Positions 50,026 through 61,558 of a DNA stretch of 64,000 nt are shown piece after piece. The notes under the pieces are model-generated. The model was not told the origin of the DNA. It worked only from the letters and a program-made list of their open reading frames with translations, and did no database searches. This stretch comes from Takakia lepidozioides (taxonomy: Eukaryota > Plantae > Bryophyta). A program made the position numbers and the translations under genes. Location: contig CM060733.1 of assembly GCA_030704615.1 (NCBI GenBank), positions 59,644,001 through 59,708,000 on the forward strand, given 5' to 3'. Numbering within the stretch: position 1 is the first letter of the stretch; each line of letters starts with the position of its first letter.

Positions 50026-51799
50026 ACACATACGAGCCATGCCCGCTTCCCATGCTGGTTTCCAGGTTGCCGTGTGAAGACTTTTCATTTTATGACAAAC
50101 ATATACATTTCGTTCACTTGTGAGGGCAAATGCACTTGCGATTCATTGTAAGCGTCTCTCTGTGAATTGAAATAAACTGTGTCAATCATTCTGAGCTCAA
50201 ATCTGACATGTTTACATATTCCTCTTTTTTGGCACGCATTGCAGACATGGTGCATGGTGGCCTCCTTTGTTTTGTCCACGGTAATAGGCCCTCTTCCTGC
50301 AATCCTCGCCTATAGGACCTGCTTCTCCAGCAGATTCATGCCGCTCACGCTTCCCTGAAGCGTGAGCTCAGCTCACGCTTCAAAGCTTGAACGTGAGCTC
50401 AGCTCCCAGGCTCACGGGGCTGGGCTCACGCCGTAGCTACGCTGGTGCTGGTGCGGTAGTGGCTTGGGTGGACGTCGTAGCTACTGTACCACCAGTCCCA
50501 CTAGTTCCACTGCTACTTGCTGAAGCTGCCGGTGCAGCGGCAGGTGTAGCCACTGCCCTCGTGGCTCTAGTGCCCCTAGTGATGGAGACATAGTCGGGTG
50601 ACCAGTATATCCTCCACTCCTCGATCTCAACCTCATGCCCCCGCCTGAACTCATGGTAATCATCCAAAGGCGGCCCCTCAAGGTGCTGAAACAGCCCTTT
50701 CCATGCCATGAACGGCGTAAATAGTTGTGGATTGCGCATTTGCTGCAAATCACACCAACTATCAAACTCTTGGATAAAATCATCCAACTCGATGGTGCCC
50801 ACCACCCCAGAGTACCTTCATGGCCCCTTGGTAGCTCCATACATCTCCTCCATTGTGTCCCACAACAATGGCAAAGAAACAACTTGCACCGCCGGTATGA
50901 GTCCTCCTGATTCACAATCCGAATCAGAACCTTCCGTGGAAGACACAGGAGGTGAAGGTGGCCTAAACCGCACACCTCGTCTCGTGTACCCACTAGTATC
51001 GCTAGTGCTCGAACTGGCACTATCCCCAGCAACTAGTGGCACCTCCGTGTTGACACTCAACCGGTCATGAACATGTCCCTAACCCCCTCTCCACAAGGTA
51101 ACCGGGTAGAGAACCTGTTGCGGCTTATGGTTTGGAATACTAAGTTCCTAACATAGCCTACACCTGTACCTGCATCCACCGCAAGCACTCCTATGGTTGG
51201 CTGGTCATCACCTCCAACCTCACCACAGGAGAAACAATGATGGTCTGGCTGGTCATCACCCCAGCCTCACCATCGACAGCATGCTCTAGGACTGGCCGGT
51301 GATCAAATCGGACCAATCACCTATAAAAACAAGCGCCCACACAAAACTAGCATGGCGCACAATCAAGCATGCAGGTATGGAGGGGATCCAAACACAAGAA
51401 ATCAGAACGACAACTCCCCCACACCAAAAACAACTCCACGGTGTTGCTCCTGCAAGGACACCCAGCCCAAACCCGGACTGACTCTTGTCTCCACCTACGG
51501 AAAGGTCTTGGCCTAATGAGAGGGTGGAAACTACGAGGAAGAGAAGCTAAAGCAATGCCAAACCCCAGCATGCCCTCATCCCAACACTCTTCCTCTCCTC
51601 TCTTCCCTCACTTGCATGACCATGGGAATATCATGAAGATACTCCTCAAACCGCCCTCCACGAGCTTCAAAATTCGGCCTTCCAGACCACATGCCAGTCC
51701 TTAGGCAGTCCACCAGTGCCTCCACGAGTCAGCACAGGCCGTCCACAGGTCAACACGGGCCACCACAGACCAGCACAGGCCCACACAGCTCACTGGTCG

Positions 51800-52345
51800 C
51801 AGCCGTCACAGTCCCACAGGCCACTGGGCACAGCCTGTCACAGCCCCTCACAGCCCCAAAGGCCTCAGGCACGACTTGTCACAACCCCTCACAGCCCCAA
51901 AGGCCACGGGCACAGTCTGTCACAGCCCCTCACAGCCCGTCACAGCCCCACAGGCCACTGGGCACAGCCCCGCACAGCCCGTCACAGCCCCACAGGCCAC
52001 TGGGCACAGCCTGTCACAGCCCCGCACAGCCCGTCATAGCTCGCCACAGCCTGTCACAGCCCGTCACAGCCCCACAGGCCACTGGGCACAGCCCGTCACA
52101 GCCCCACAGGCCACTGGGCACAGCCCGTCACAGCCCCACAGGCCACTGGGCACAGCCTGTCACAGCCCCTCACAGCCCCAAAGGCCACGGGCACAGCCTA
52201 TCACAGCCTCACACAGCCCGTCACAGCCCCACAGGCCACTGGGCACGGCCTGTCACAGCCCGTCACAGCCCGTCACAGCCCCAAAGGCCTCAGGCACGGC
52301 CTGTCACAGCCCCTCACAGCCTCAGGCACAGCCCGTCACAGCCCC
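51800..52345. repeat. GC-rich TCACAGCCC-based tandem repeats in the Gypsy 5' leader
   Basis: CACAGCCCGTCACAGCCCCACAGGCCACTGGG variants. Confidence 0.9.
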
Positions 52346-53828
52346 ATCCATGGCCGCTCTGGCAGTTTAGCCATTTCTCCAAGAGGTTTAGCCACGCCAA
52401 GCTAGGGTTTGTGTCTCTTGGAGTCTAGGCTTCTTTCCACCGAGCTATGGCGGTTGTGAGGAAATCAGCAAGGTATTCTTGCTCTTTCGGCTCCCACACA
52501 CCACCCTAGTAGCCCTAAGCCATGAGGTGGTTGCCACAAACCAAGCCTTCTTTATCACTTAGCCTCCCCAAACACGCCACTAAACTCATTGGCAAACAAC
52601 CAAGCCCTGCTGGTTCCCAGCCCTTGTGAGCACTCATTCAAGCACTCTCCTTGGCCATAGCATCTGTCTTAGAGCCTATTCCAGCCCCCTACACCTGCTG
52701 CTTCAAGAGTTGCGCTCCCTTCAAGCTTGAAGTTGAAACCCCAACTCACATAGGCCCTACAAGTGCTTTTCTTTCACTCCAAGTGGAAACCAGCCCTAGA
52801 CCTTCCGTTCTAGCTCTCTAAAGCTTGAAAACAAGAGCCTCAATGGGCTGAAGGCATGCTCCACACATGCCCCACTCTCACCATAAGAGAATCAGCTCTT
52901 TTGCTTCATTTCTTGCACCCACAAACCTGAAAATACAAGCTTCAGCAGGCTGAAAGCATGCTCCACATGCCCTACAGGGAAACCAGCCCCTTCCTTCCTT
53001 TCTTGCACTCCCACACCTGAAAGTGCAAGCCTTCACCAGGCTGATAGCATGCTCCACACATGCATTGCCCTCACATAAGGGAAGTCAGCCCTTCCCTCTT
53101 CCTTGCTTGCCCTCCAAGCTTGAAGATGGAAGCTTCAATGAGCTGAATACATGCTCCACATATGCAACCTCTTCACACAAGAGATATCAGCCCCCTATCT
53201 TGGCTCCTTGGCTCCTTGATGCTCTCTAAGACAAGACTAAGCACTCCACAGCCTTTGCCAAGCTCCTGAAACCCTAAGGCTTACATTTCCAGCCACAAGA
53301 CACTTCTCTTGTGGTGCAAGAGCTATTCTTCCAAGCTCTGAAACCCTAGGTGCACATTCCATGGCCTTGCCGCACCTCTTAGCTCCTGTTCCAGCCCTGC
53401 TCTTGCCATGACAAGAGCCCTCTCAATGCTGAAAATTGAAACCCAATCTCACCATACTCCACAAAGTGCACTGATTTGCCCCAAGCCAAATCAGCCCTTT
53501 CGCTTGGTCTTGCAATTCTTCACACAATGAAAGCTCGCATTCCCAAATCCAGTTCTCAGCTTTGCCACCAAAGCCACTATAACCTGCTCTTGACTGGTCC
53601 TCTTCCCAATCGTGCTTGCTCATGCATGTACACAATCTGAAACCATCAAGGTGCTCTGGAATTACCTGCAGCATGGTGCTTTCATCTCTGAAGCTGAAGA
53701 TCGAATGCCAAGGTCTACCACCTCGTAACCCACATCACCTCCGCTTCTAACAACCAAGAGCTCCACGGTGCTCCTTGCATAACAACTTGGTTCTACAACT
53801 AACTCGTATCTGGCACTCACAGATACGA

Positions 53829-53844
53829 GCTGATCTTTCTCGAG
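53829..53844 (-). other. Candidate self-priming PBS
   Basis: GCTGATCTTTCTCGAG abuts block Y and is a 15/16 reverse complement of CTCGAGAAAGATGAGC at 54000-54015; no TGG tRNA-type PBS. Confidence 0.7.
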
Positions 53845-54161
53845 TGATAAAGAAGAGGAATACAAGCACGAGTTCACAAATCTGAAGCATAAACTCATGC
53901 ATATATAACCTCATCACTCAAATACAAGTCAAACCAAGTGCACCCCACGCCATGGGGAATCCACACTACGGCGCCATAGCTAGGCGCGGTGAGGCTCAAC
54001 TCGAGAAAGATGAGCCTCCCGCACTTGCCGTGAAGATAACCACTCCAGGGCCTAAATCTGCCTTGACCCCTGGATTGACACTTGGGCCAATCCCAAATGT
54101 CAATATGTAAAAACTAGCTATTTCCTAGCTAGTTTCACACTAGTGGCAAAATAACTTGACA
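53845..54161 (-). repeat. 5' terminal repeat (block Y only)
   Basis: Nearly identical to 29101-29416. Confidence 0.93.
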
Positions 54162-57100
54162 ATGACCTTGTCAGTCAAAAGAGAGAAATTTTTTCAGGCG
54201 AGGTAGCAGATCTGAGACCCGATGCCCTCTTGTTGATCCCAAATTCCTTGCAGCTTTTGATGAAATTGTATCCCTGCAGTCTAGCTAATATTGCAGAGCC
54301 CCTCTGTAGGATTCCTAGGCACCCGCAAGGGCCTGATATCCAATTTTTTTTGCCTGAATTGCGTTCACACCAACACACTAGTGAACCAGTAGGAGGTTCA
54401 AAAATGACACCTTGAGTCTTGAGAACTTGGACATGTGTATAACTTCAAATAATATGGAAAACCAAAATGTTAATACGAAGAGGCAGATAAAATATGCTAA
54501 AGACAAATATATGATGAACGCCAGAAAAAAATGCATGAAATAAAAAATAACCAAATTTTTTGAAACCGTGGCATTAGATCAAAATCCAAACAATTTGAAA
54601 TCTAAACTAAGCAAAAATAAAGATGAAAAAGATATCATATAAACAACATTTATAAACAAAATCTATTTGTTGTATCAAGAGTCATTACACGGGTCAAATT
54701 AATATCAAATGAAACAATGGGCTCCCAGCTTGCTTTCGCAAAACATAAGAGGAAGGGAAAACTAGGGAGCATGATTCAGCACACCACAACAATCAGAGGC
54801 TTGACACGCTGTAAGGTCATTTGACCACATTTTCTCCGTTGATTTTAACATGATGCATAGTCTCTCTCTGCAATACTGCCAATAAATGGTCACCTGTCCA
54901 TAAAACTTGAATGTAGCCCATCTCTTTAGAGGTTGTTCTCAGAATTCGTCGCTAGTAGTGCGGAGCAACACGAAGCCCTAGTAATTCTAGCGACGACAGA
55001 AGGTCGGAAGCTAGTTTAGCGTAGAGCAGGAATAGGGTGCCAAAGTGCCACGTCATCGTCGCCACGTTTCGTCATCAAAATTCTGTCGAGTCTGCCTGAA
55101 TTGCCCGCCCGAAATATGCCAATAGAAATCGCCGCACCAACTTATTCGGAACTGCCCGCAATGCCCGGATCTTGATCTTCTTGAACTGCAGGAGCTCTCG
55201 TTTTCCGCCATCATTCACCTTGCAAGCTGCACAACATTTGCCACTGGATTTGTATTGATAGGAGAAGCCAAGAAGAGCAGCAATCCAAAGCAACTGCAAG
55301 TCGCCATCGCTGTCGTCGTCCAAATCTAGAAATCCCTCAAAGTTTTGAAGAGCGTCAGAATGACCCGTTGGAAACCCTTTTGTGGACTTCGCGCAGGGTC
55401 CTTTGGGACTCCTCTAAAAACTGCCTGCTTTGTGTTTGTGAAGTCAAGCAAAGCTGAGATGTGGAAAGGATATGAAAGAGATGAGACCTTGCTCGTCTTG
55501 CTTCCCGCCCCGTGTCCGCTCTCTCTCACAGGCACAGGAATGGCAGGGTGCACCGGCGTTCTCCTGTGTGGGCTCCAGGGAGACTTCAAAATCATGACGT
55601 TGTCTTCTCCTTGCACTGAACGGGCGGGCGGCCTCACATCATACAGGAATTTCACGGGCTTTTTGCAGCTGAAATCGGCAGCCAGCTTTGCTATGCGGAG
55701 CACAAGGCGCTTACAAGTGATGGCTGTGACGCCTGCCCAGTCTGCAGGAAAACCGGAAAATGGTATAACCTGGAACTCTCTGCATACTTTTTGGGTTCTC
55801 TACCCTGTTTTGCGGGGAAATGACCAGCGATTTTGTTCTCAGGTTGTTATGGAAGGGCTTGTGCACAGCCCACGGTATTCTGCTACAAGTTTGAAGAAGT
55901 GCAAGCATTTTGAGTTCAGAAAGGTTACCTAGTATGTGAAAGACATCGTTGAGGTCCTTCTAGTGTAGTGCATATCCACAATTGCTAATGAAGACGAATT
56001 AGAGGAAAAGAGAGATGCACTCAATAGGAACGTTGGTTGAGGGCATAGTCCCCCAGATATGGCAGCCAGCTGTGGGGATTTCTACCCACCAGTTAGATAC
56101 TCACCCTAAAGCCATAGCGCCTGCATGCAGTCAGAGGACAATCCACCTACATGGAGCTGAGGGTTGGCGGAATGGCTGGTATAGACCCTCATGCTACAAA
56201 CCTCAATGTCAACTTCTACAATGCTGCTCTAGCTCCCAATCCAACAATGTGACACATGCGGCTTTGAGGGCACAGTCTGTCACATTGCTTCAGAAAGAGG
56301 AGAGGAGAGGCTGTGCTTTATGAGATTTATTCTGGTGTGCCTGCCCCTTTGGAAAAGAGGTGAAAAAGAGGGAAGAGAATGGAGCTTCTATGGAAAACAT
56401 TCAGCTTTGGCAGTAGTTCAAATCAAATCCTTCGCAGGGGTGGGACAACAGGTCTGGTGCTCAGCTGCACCGTGGTGGTTCTCACCGACCAATCCGACAT
56501 TACCTGACTACAGACACAAGCAGCATGCACAAGAGGGTCCATTTGGGTTGATGGTCGGTCAAGTCCTCTATGGGTCATGACACAAGGTCAATGACAATGT
56601 GCCGTCGAGGGCACCTTCTTCTTCATCCTATTTCTGCCTGTTTTGCCCTCTCATCAGACTTGGCCCTGAGGTGCATATTGCATATTGATGCCAAAATGCT
56701 GAAATGAGATGTGGTCTCTTGGACTGCAATAATTGCAGGATGTACTGAGCAAGGGCATGGTGAAGAGGCATTTGAACTCTTTGGGAAAATGCCACAAGAA
56801 GGTGTAGAGCCCGACGAGGTCACTCTCATTTGCATCCTCAAAAGGTGTGCCAGCCCCGCAGCTCTAGGGCAGGGCAAGGGGCTTCATGCCCACATTGTCA
56901 AATCTGGATTTGAATCAGATATCTATGTAGGAAGTAGCCTTGTCCATATGTATGCCAAGTGTGGGAGTTTGGTGGATGTGCGAAAGGCGAGATGTCTAGG
57001 CGAGATGTAATTTCATGGTATGCTCATGCAAGAGGCATTCCAGCTCTTTCGGCAGATGCTCACCAAGTGTTCGATAGAATGCCTCAACGATCTTTGATCA

Positions 57101-58841
57101 TGTGATAATGTTGGCAGGATTTACCAAGCATGGATGTGGTAGGAATGCTTTGGAGACCTATGAGCAAATGTTGCGGGAAGGGGTGAAGCCCAACCACATC
57201 ACATTTGCTTATGTTTGCAATGCGTATGCAAGCCTGGGAGCTCTGGAAAAGGGGAAAGAGGTTGGTGACATCGTCAAAGCTGGAATGGTACCAGATGTCA
57301 TTCTGAACACTGCCCTGGTGGATATGTATGCCAAATGTGGGTGCATTAAGGATGTGAAGGGAGTTTTCAACACTATGGCTGAACGAGATGTGGTGTCATG
57401 GAAGACGATGCTTGCAGGGTATGCACAGCAAGGACGTGGTATGAAGGCTTTGGAGACCTATGATCAAATGATCGGGGAAGGGGTGAAGCCCGACCACATC
57501 ACATTTGTGTCCATTTGTGATGCGTGTGCAAGGCTGGCAGCTCTGGAAAAAGACGAAGAGGTCCATGGCGACATTGTCAGAGCTGCGATTGTACCTAGTG
57601 TCATTCTGAACAATACCCTTGTGGACATGTACGAAGGGCGCGGGATGGAGGCTTCGGAGACCTATGAGCAAATGATGGGGAAGGGGTGAAGCCCGACCGC
57701 CTAATGTTTGTTTGCATTTGCAATGCGTGTGCAAGCCTGGCAACTCTGGAAAAGTGCAAGGTGGTCCATAGTGACATCGTCACATCTGGAATTGTACCCA
57801 ATGTCATTCTGAACACTACCCTGCTGGACATGTATGTCAAATGTTAGTGCATCGAGGATGCAAAGGGAGTTTTCGTGGCTGAACGAGATGTGGTGTCGTG
57901 GAGGGCGATGATTGCAGAATATGCATAGCAAGGGTGCGGGATAGAGGCTTCAAGACCTATGAACAATTGATGTGCGAGGGGGTGAAGCCCAACCGCATAA
58001 CGTTTGTTTGCATTTGCAGTGCGAGTGCAAGCCTGACAGCCCTGGAAAGGTGCAATGAGGTCCATGGTGACATCGTCAAAGCTGGATTTGTACCAGATGT
58101 CATCCTGAACACAGCCCTGCTGGACATGTATGTCAAATGTGAGTGCATCGAGGATGCAAAGGGAGTTTTCGACAGTATGGCTGAAAGAAATGTGGTGTCG
58201 TGGAGGGCGATGATTGCAGGATATGCACAGCAAAGGGCGGGATGGAGGCTTCGGAGACCTATGAGCAAATGGTGGGGGAAGGGGGGAAGCCCCAACCGCA
58301 TAACGTTTGTTTGCATTTGCAATGCGTGTGCAAGCCTGACAGCTCTGGAAATGTGCAAAGTGGTCCATGGTGACATCGTCACATCTGGAATTGTACCCAA
58401 TGTCATTTTGAACACTGCCCTGCTGGACATGTATGTCAAATATGAGTGCAGCGAGGATGCAAAGGGAGTTTTTGACAATATGGCTGAATGAGATGTGGCG
58501 TCGTGGAGGGCGATGATTGCAGAATATGCATAGCAAGGGCGCGGGATGGAGGCTTCGAGACCTATGAGCAATTGATGTGCGAAGGGGTGAAGCCCAACCG
58601 CATAATGTTCCGCATAATGTTTGTTTGCATTTGCAAGACTGGCAGCTTTGGAAAGGTGCAATGAGGTCCATGCAGGTGACATCGTCAAAGCTGGATTTGT
58701 ACCAGATGTCATCCTGAACACTGCCCTGCTGGACATGTATGTCAAATGTGAGTGCATCGAGGATGCAAAGGGAGTGTTTGACAGTATGGCTGAAAGAAAT
58801 GTGGTGTCGTGGAGTGCGATGATTGCAGGATATGCACAGCA

Positions 58842-61558
58842 GGGGATTGCTAAACCGTGAGCAGAATCTGTGAGCAGAAAATTCCGTGAGTAAAATTCTG
58901 CTCACGCTTCTGGATGTGCTCACCTATAACCGCAGACACCTATTCGGCTTAGAGGATATATTACTGCGGGTAGTGTCCAGTATAACATGCATACCAATTC
59001 ATCGTTATGGATGAATGGGGCGATGAATGGGGCGATGAATGTATGTTGGACGAATGGCGCATGGATGAATGTAGTTTGTGGTTGAATGCAAAATTAAAAA
59101 GCATTTTTAAGTAGTGGTTGCCAAATCCCCCGAGGTCCAGAGGTTCACGCCAACTGCAGAGGGTTGTGGTTGTCCTTTCACCAGGTATCCTAAGTCGAGA
59201 GAGATGCTGACAGCCAATTGCAAAGAAGGTGGAGAGGCCATTTGGTGCTTTAATATAAATCGTTTGAAAATAGCTGATTTATTCCGACGAAGAATATCCA
59301 CTGCTACTGGAGTCGGAGTCCAAAACGAAGGAAGAACTGTCTATGAGGACACTAGCTTTGTGCTGCACAAAATCCTCTCTATCGTAAAGCACAGGAGGGA
59401 GAGAAGAGAGGAGACTAAATTTGCAAGTTGCAGCCTCCGCATAACATGACATCTGTAACGTCTTCTGGTGTACTATTTGGGATGAATGGCATCTACAAAT
59501 TGTTCGGACCACATAACTTATGATTTGTTGTCATGTCCTTCTTCCATGTGACCAAAAATCCATGCTGGGTAAACGCCAGGTCTTTTGCTTGCAATGCAGG
59601 GGTTGGGTTCATTTGCAAGTTTTCCAATTTTTATTTTTATTTTATTTTTCCCCGAATGTGCCAGATTAAGGTGTCGTCACCGACACCTTAATCTACCTTA
59701 ATATGGCTGTCTTCTGGTGTGTTATTTGGGGTGAATGGCATCTACAAATTGCTCGGACCACATAACTTATGATTCGTTGTCATGTCATTTTTCCATGTGA
59801 CCAGAAATCCATGTTGGGTAAACGCTAGGTCTTTTGCTTGCAAAGCAGGGGATGGGTTCATTTGCAAGTTTTTCAATTTTTATTTTTATTTTTTCCCGAA
59901 TGTGCCAGATTAAGATGTCGTTGACGACACCTTAATCTGGCTGGTCTTATGGTGTGTTATTTGGGGTGAATGGCATCCACAAATTGCTCGGACCACATAA
60001 TTTATGATTCATTGTCATGTCATTCTTCTATGTGGCCAGAAATCCATGCTGGATAACCGGTCTTTTGCTTGCAAAGCAGGGGTTGGGTTCATTTGCAAGT
60101 TTTCCAAAATAAATAAATAAATATTATTTTTATTTTATTTTATTTTTCCCCGAACATGATGGCTGGTCTTTGGGTGTGCTATTTGGGGTGAATGGCATCT
60201 ACAAATTGCTCGGACCATATAACTTATGATTCGTTGTCATGTCCTTCTTCCATGTGACCAGAAATCCATGCTGGGTAAATGCCAGGTCTTTTGCTTGCAA
60301 AGCAGGGGTTGGGTTCATTTGCAAGCTTTCCAAAATAAAAATAAAAATAAATAATTATTTTATTATTCCCCGAATGTGCCAGATTAAGGTGTCGTCTTAA
60401 TCTGGATGGTCTTTTGGTGTGCTATTTGGGGTGAATGGCATCTACAAATTATTCGGCTTATGATTCGTTGTCATGTCCTTCTTTCAGGTGACCAAAAATC
60501 CATGCAGGGTAAATGCCAAGTCTTTTGTTGCAAAACAAGGGCTGGGTTTGCAAGTTTTCAAAATAATAATAATAATAATAATTTTATTATTATTTTATTT
60601 TCCCCAAATGTGCCAGATTAAGGTGTTGTCAACGACACTTTAATCTGGCTGGTCTTTTGGTGTGCTATTTGGGGTGAATGGCATCTACAAATTACTCGGC
60701 TTATGATTCGTTGTCATGTCTTTCTTCCAGGTGACCAAAAATCCATCCTGGATAAACGGCAGGTCTTTTGTTGCAAAGCAAAGGCTGGGTTCGTTTGCAA
60801 GTTTTCAAAAAATAATAATATATTATTATTATTATTTTCCCCGAATGTGCCAGATTAAGGTGTCGTCAACGACACCTTAATCTGGTTGGTCTTTTAGTAT
60901 GCTATTTGGGGTGAATGACATCTACAAATTGCTTGGCTTATGATTCGTTGTCATGTCCTTCTTCCAGGTGATCAGAAATCTATGTTGGTCTTTTGGTTGC
61001 AAAGCAGGGGTTGGGTTCATTTGCAAGTATTCCAAAAAATAAAATAATAAAATAATAAAATTTATTATTTTTTGTTTTTTCCTGTCTGAATGTGTCAGAT
61101 GAAGGTGGCGTTGACACTAGCTTAATCTGGCTAGTCTTTTGGGCCGGAATTAAGCTTCCACCAAATTAAAATACACTTATTTAAACTCAACAACACATGG
61201 ATCCATGCACACATGTTGTTGCAGTCATCCATGGTTCACTCATCTAGACAATTTTTCATCCGACACTCATCCAACGTTCATCCAATGTTCATCCATTCCA
61301 TTTTACATTCATCATAGATACATTCATCCGACAGTTTTTCATCGCACATTCGTGCCACATTGTCGTCGTAGAGTCTGTCTGTCTTCGGTCTGATGGAGAG
61401 AAGATTGTGCCGTTGCAGTGGAGTTTGTATCCACGGCAATAGGCCCACTTGTTCCCTCGCTTTTAGGGTCCGCATCAATAATATGCTCACGCTTGGGGGA
61501 ATCTGCTCACGAATAAGAGAATTTGCTCACGGGTTCTGCTCACGCATTTGCTGCCCTC
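58842..61558. mobile_element. Non-autonomous MULE, 9-bp TSD TGCACAGCA
   Basis: TSD at 58833-58841 and 61559-61567; ends GGGGATTGCTAAAC-CGTGAGCAGAA and (reverse complement) GAGGGCAGCAAATG-CGTGAGCAGAA; PPR sequence resumes after it. Confidence 0.92.
59460..61140. repeat. About 7 x ~230-250-bp tandem units, most with a 17-bp-arm palindrome
   Basis: TATTTGGGGTGAATGGCATCTACAAATT recurs; CCAGATTAAGGTGTCGT-CA-ACGACACCTTAATCTGG. Confidence 0.9.

Larger units (their letters stand above)
38422..50444 (+). mobile_element. Autonomous-type Mutator-like DNA transposon, about 12 kb, 9-bp TSD GTGCTGGTG, short degenerate TIRs
   Basis: TSD at 38413-38421 and 50445-50453; gag resumes on both sides; each end is 14 nt followed by CGTGAGCC. 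Confidence 0.9.
37719..51623 (-). repeat. Tandem duplicate of 35849-37723 (gag 5' part plus leader), split by the MULE into 37719-38421 and 50445-51623
   Basis: Near-identical sequence; junction microhomology ACCAT. Confidence 0.88.
28924..54161 (-). mobile_element. Ty3/Gypsy LTR retrotransposon with C5-methyltransferase and PHD domains, permuted LTRs, an internal duplication and a nested MULE
   Basis: Termini TGTC...GACA; ATGA at 28920-28923 and 54162-54165 (4-bp TSD); gag-PR-MTase-RT-RH-IN-PHD order on the minus strand. Confidence 0.9.

Noticed and set aside
51691-52428. Pro/Ser/Thr-rich ORFs in three frames
   Set aside because: Stop-free translations of a tandem repeat, antisense to the retroelement leader.
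28924-54161. DIRS/PAT/Ngaro retrotransposon, suggested by split direct repeats and a methyltransferase
   Set aside because: It has an aspartic protease, a DDE integrase with HHCC, Gypsy domain order and a TSD; no tyrosine recombinase ORF was recognised, and the MTase is C5-type rather than Dam-like.
55075-55932. Protein-coding gene from the overlapping 82-195-aa ORFs
   Set aside because: No recognisable motif; it might be the decayed 5' part of the downstream PPR gene, but I cannot support that.
57844-58923. 359-aa and 266-aa minus-strand ORFs
   Set aside because: Antisense shadows of PPR repeats.
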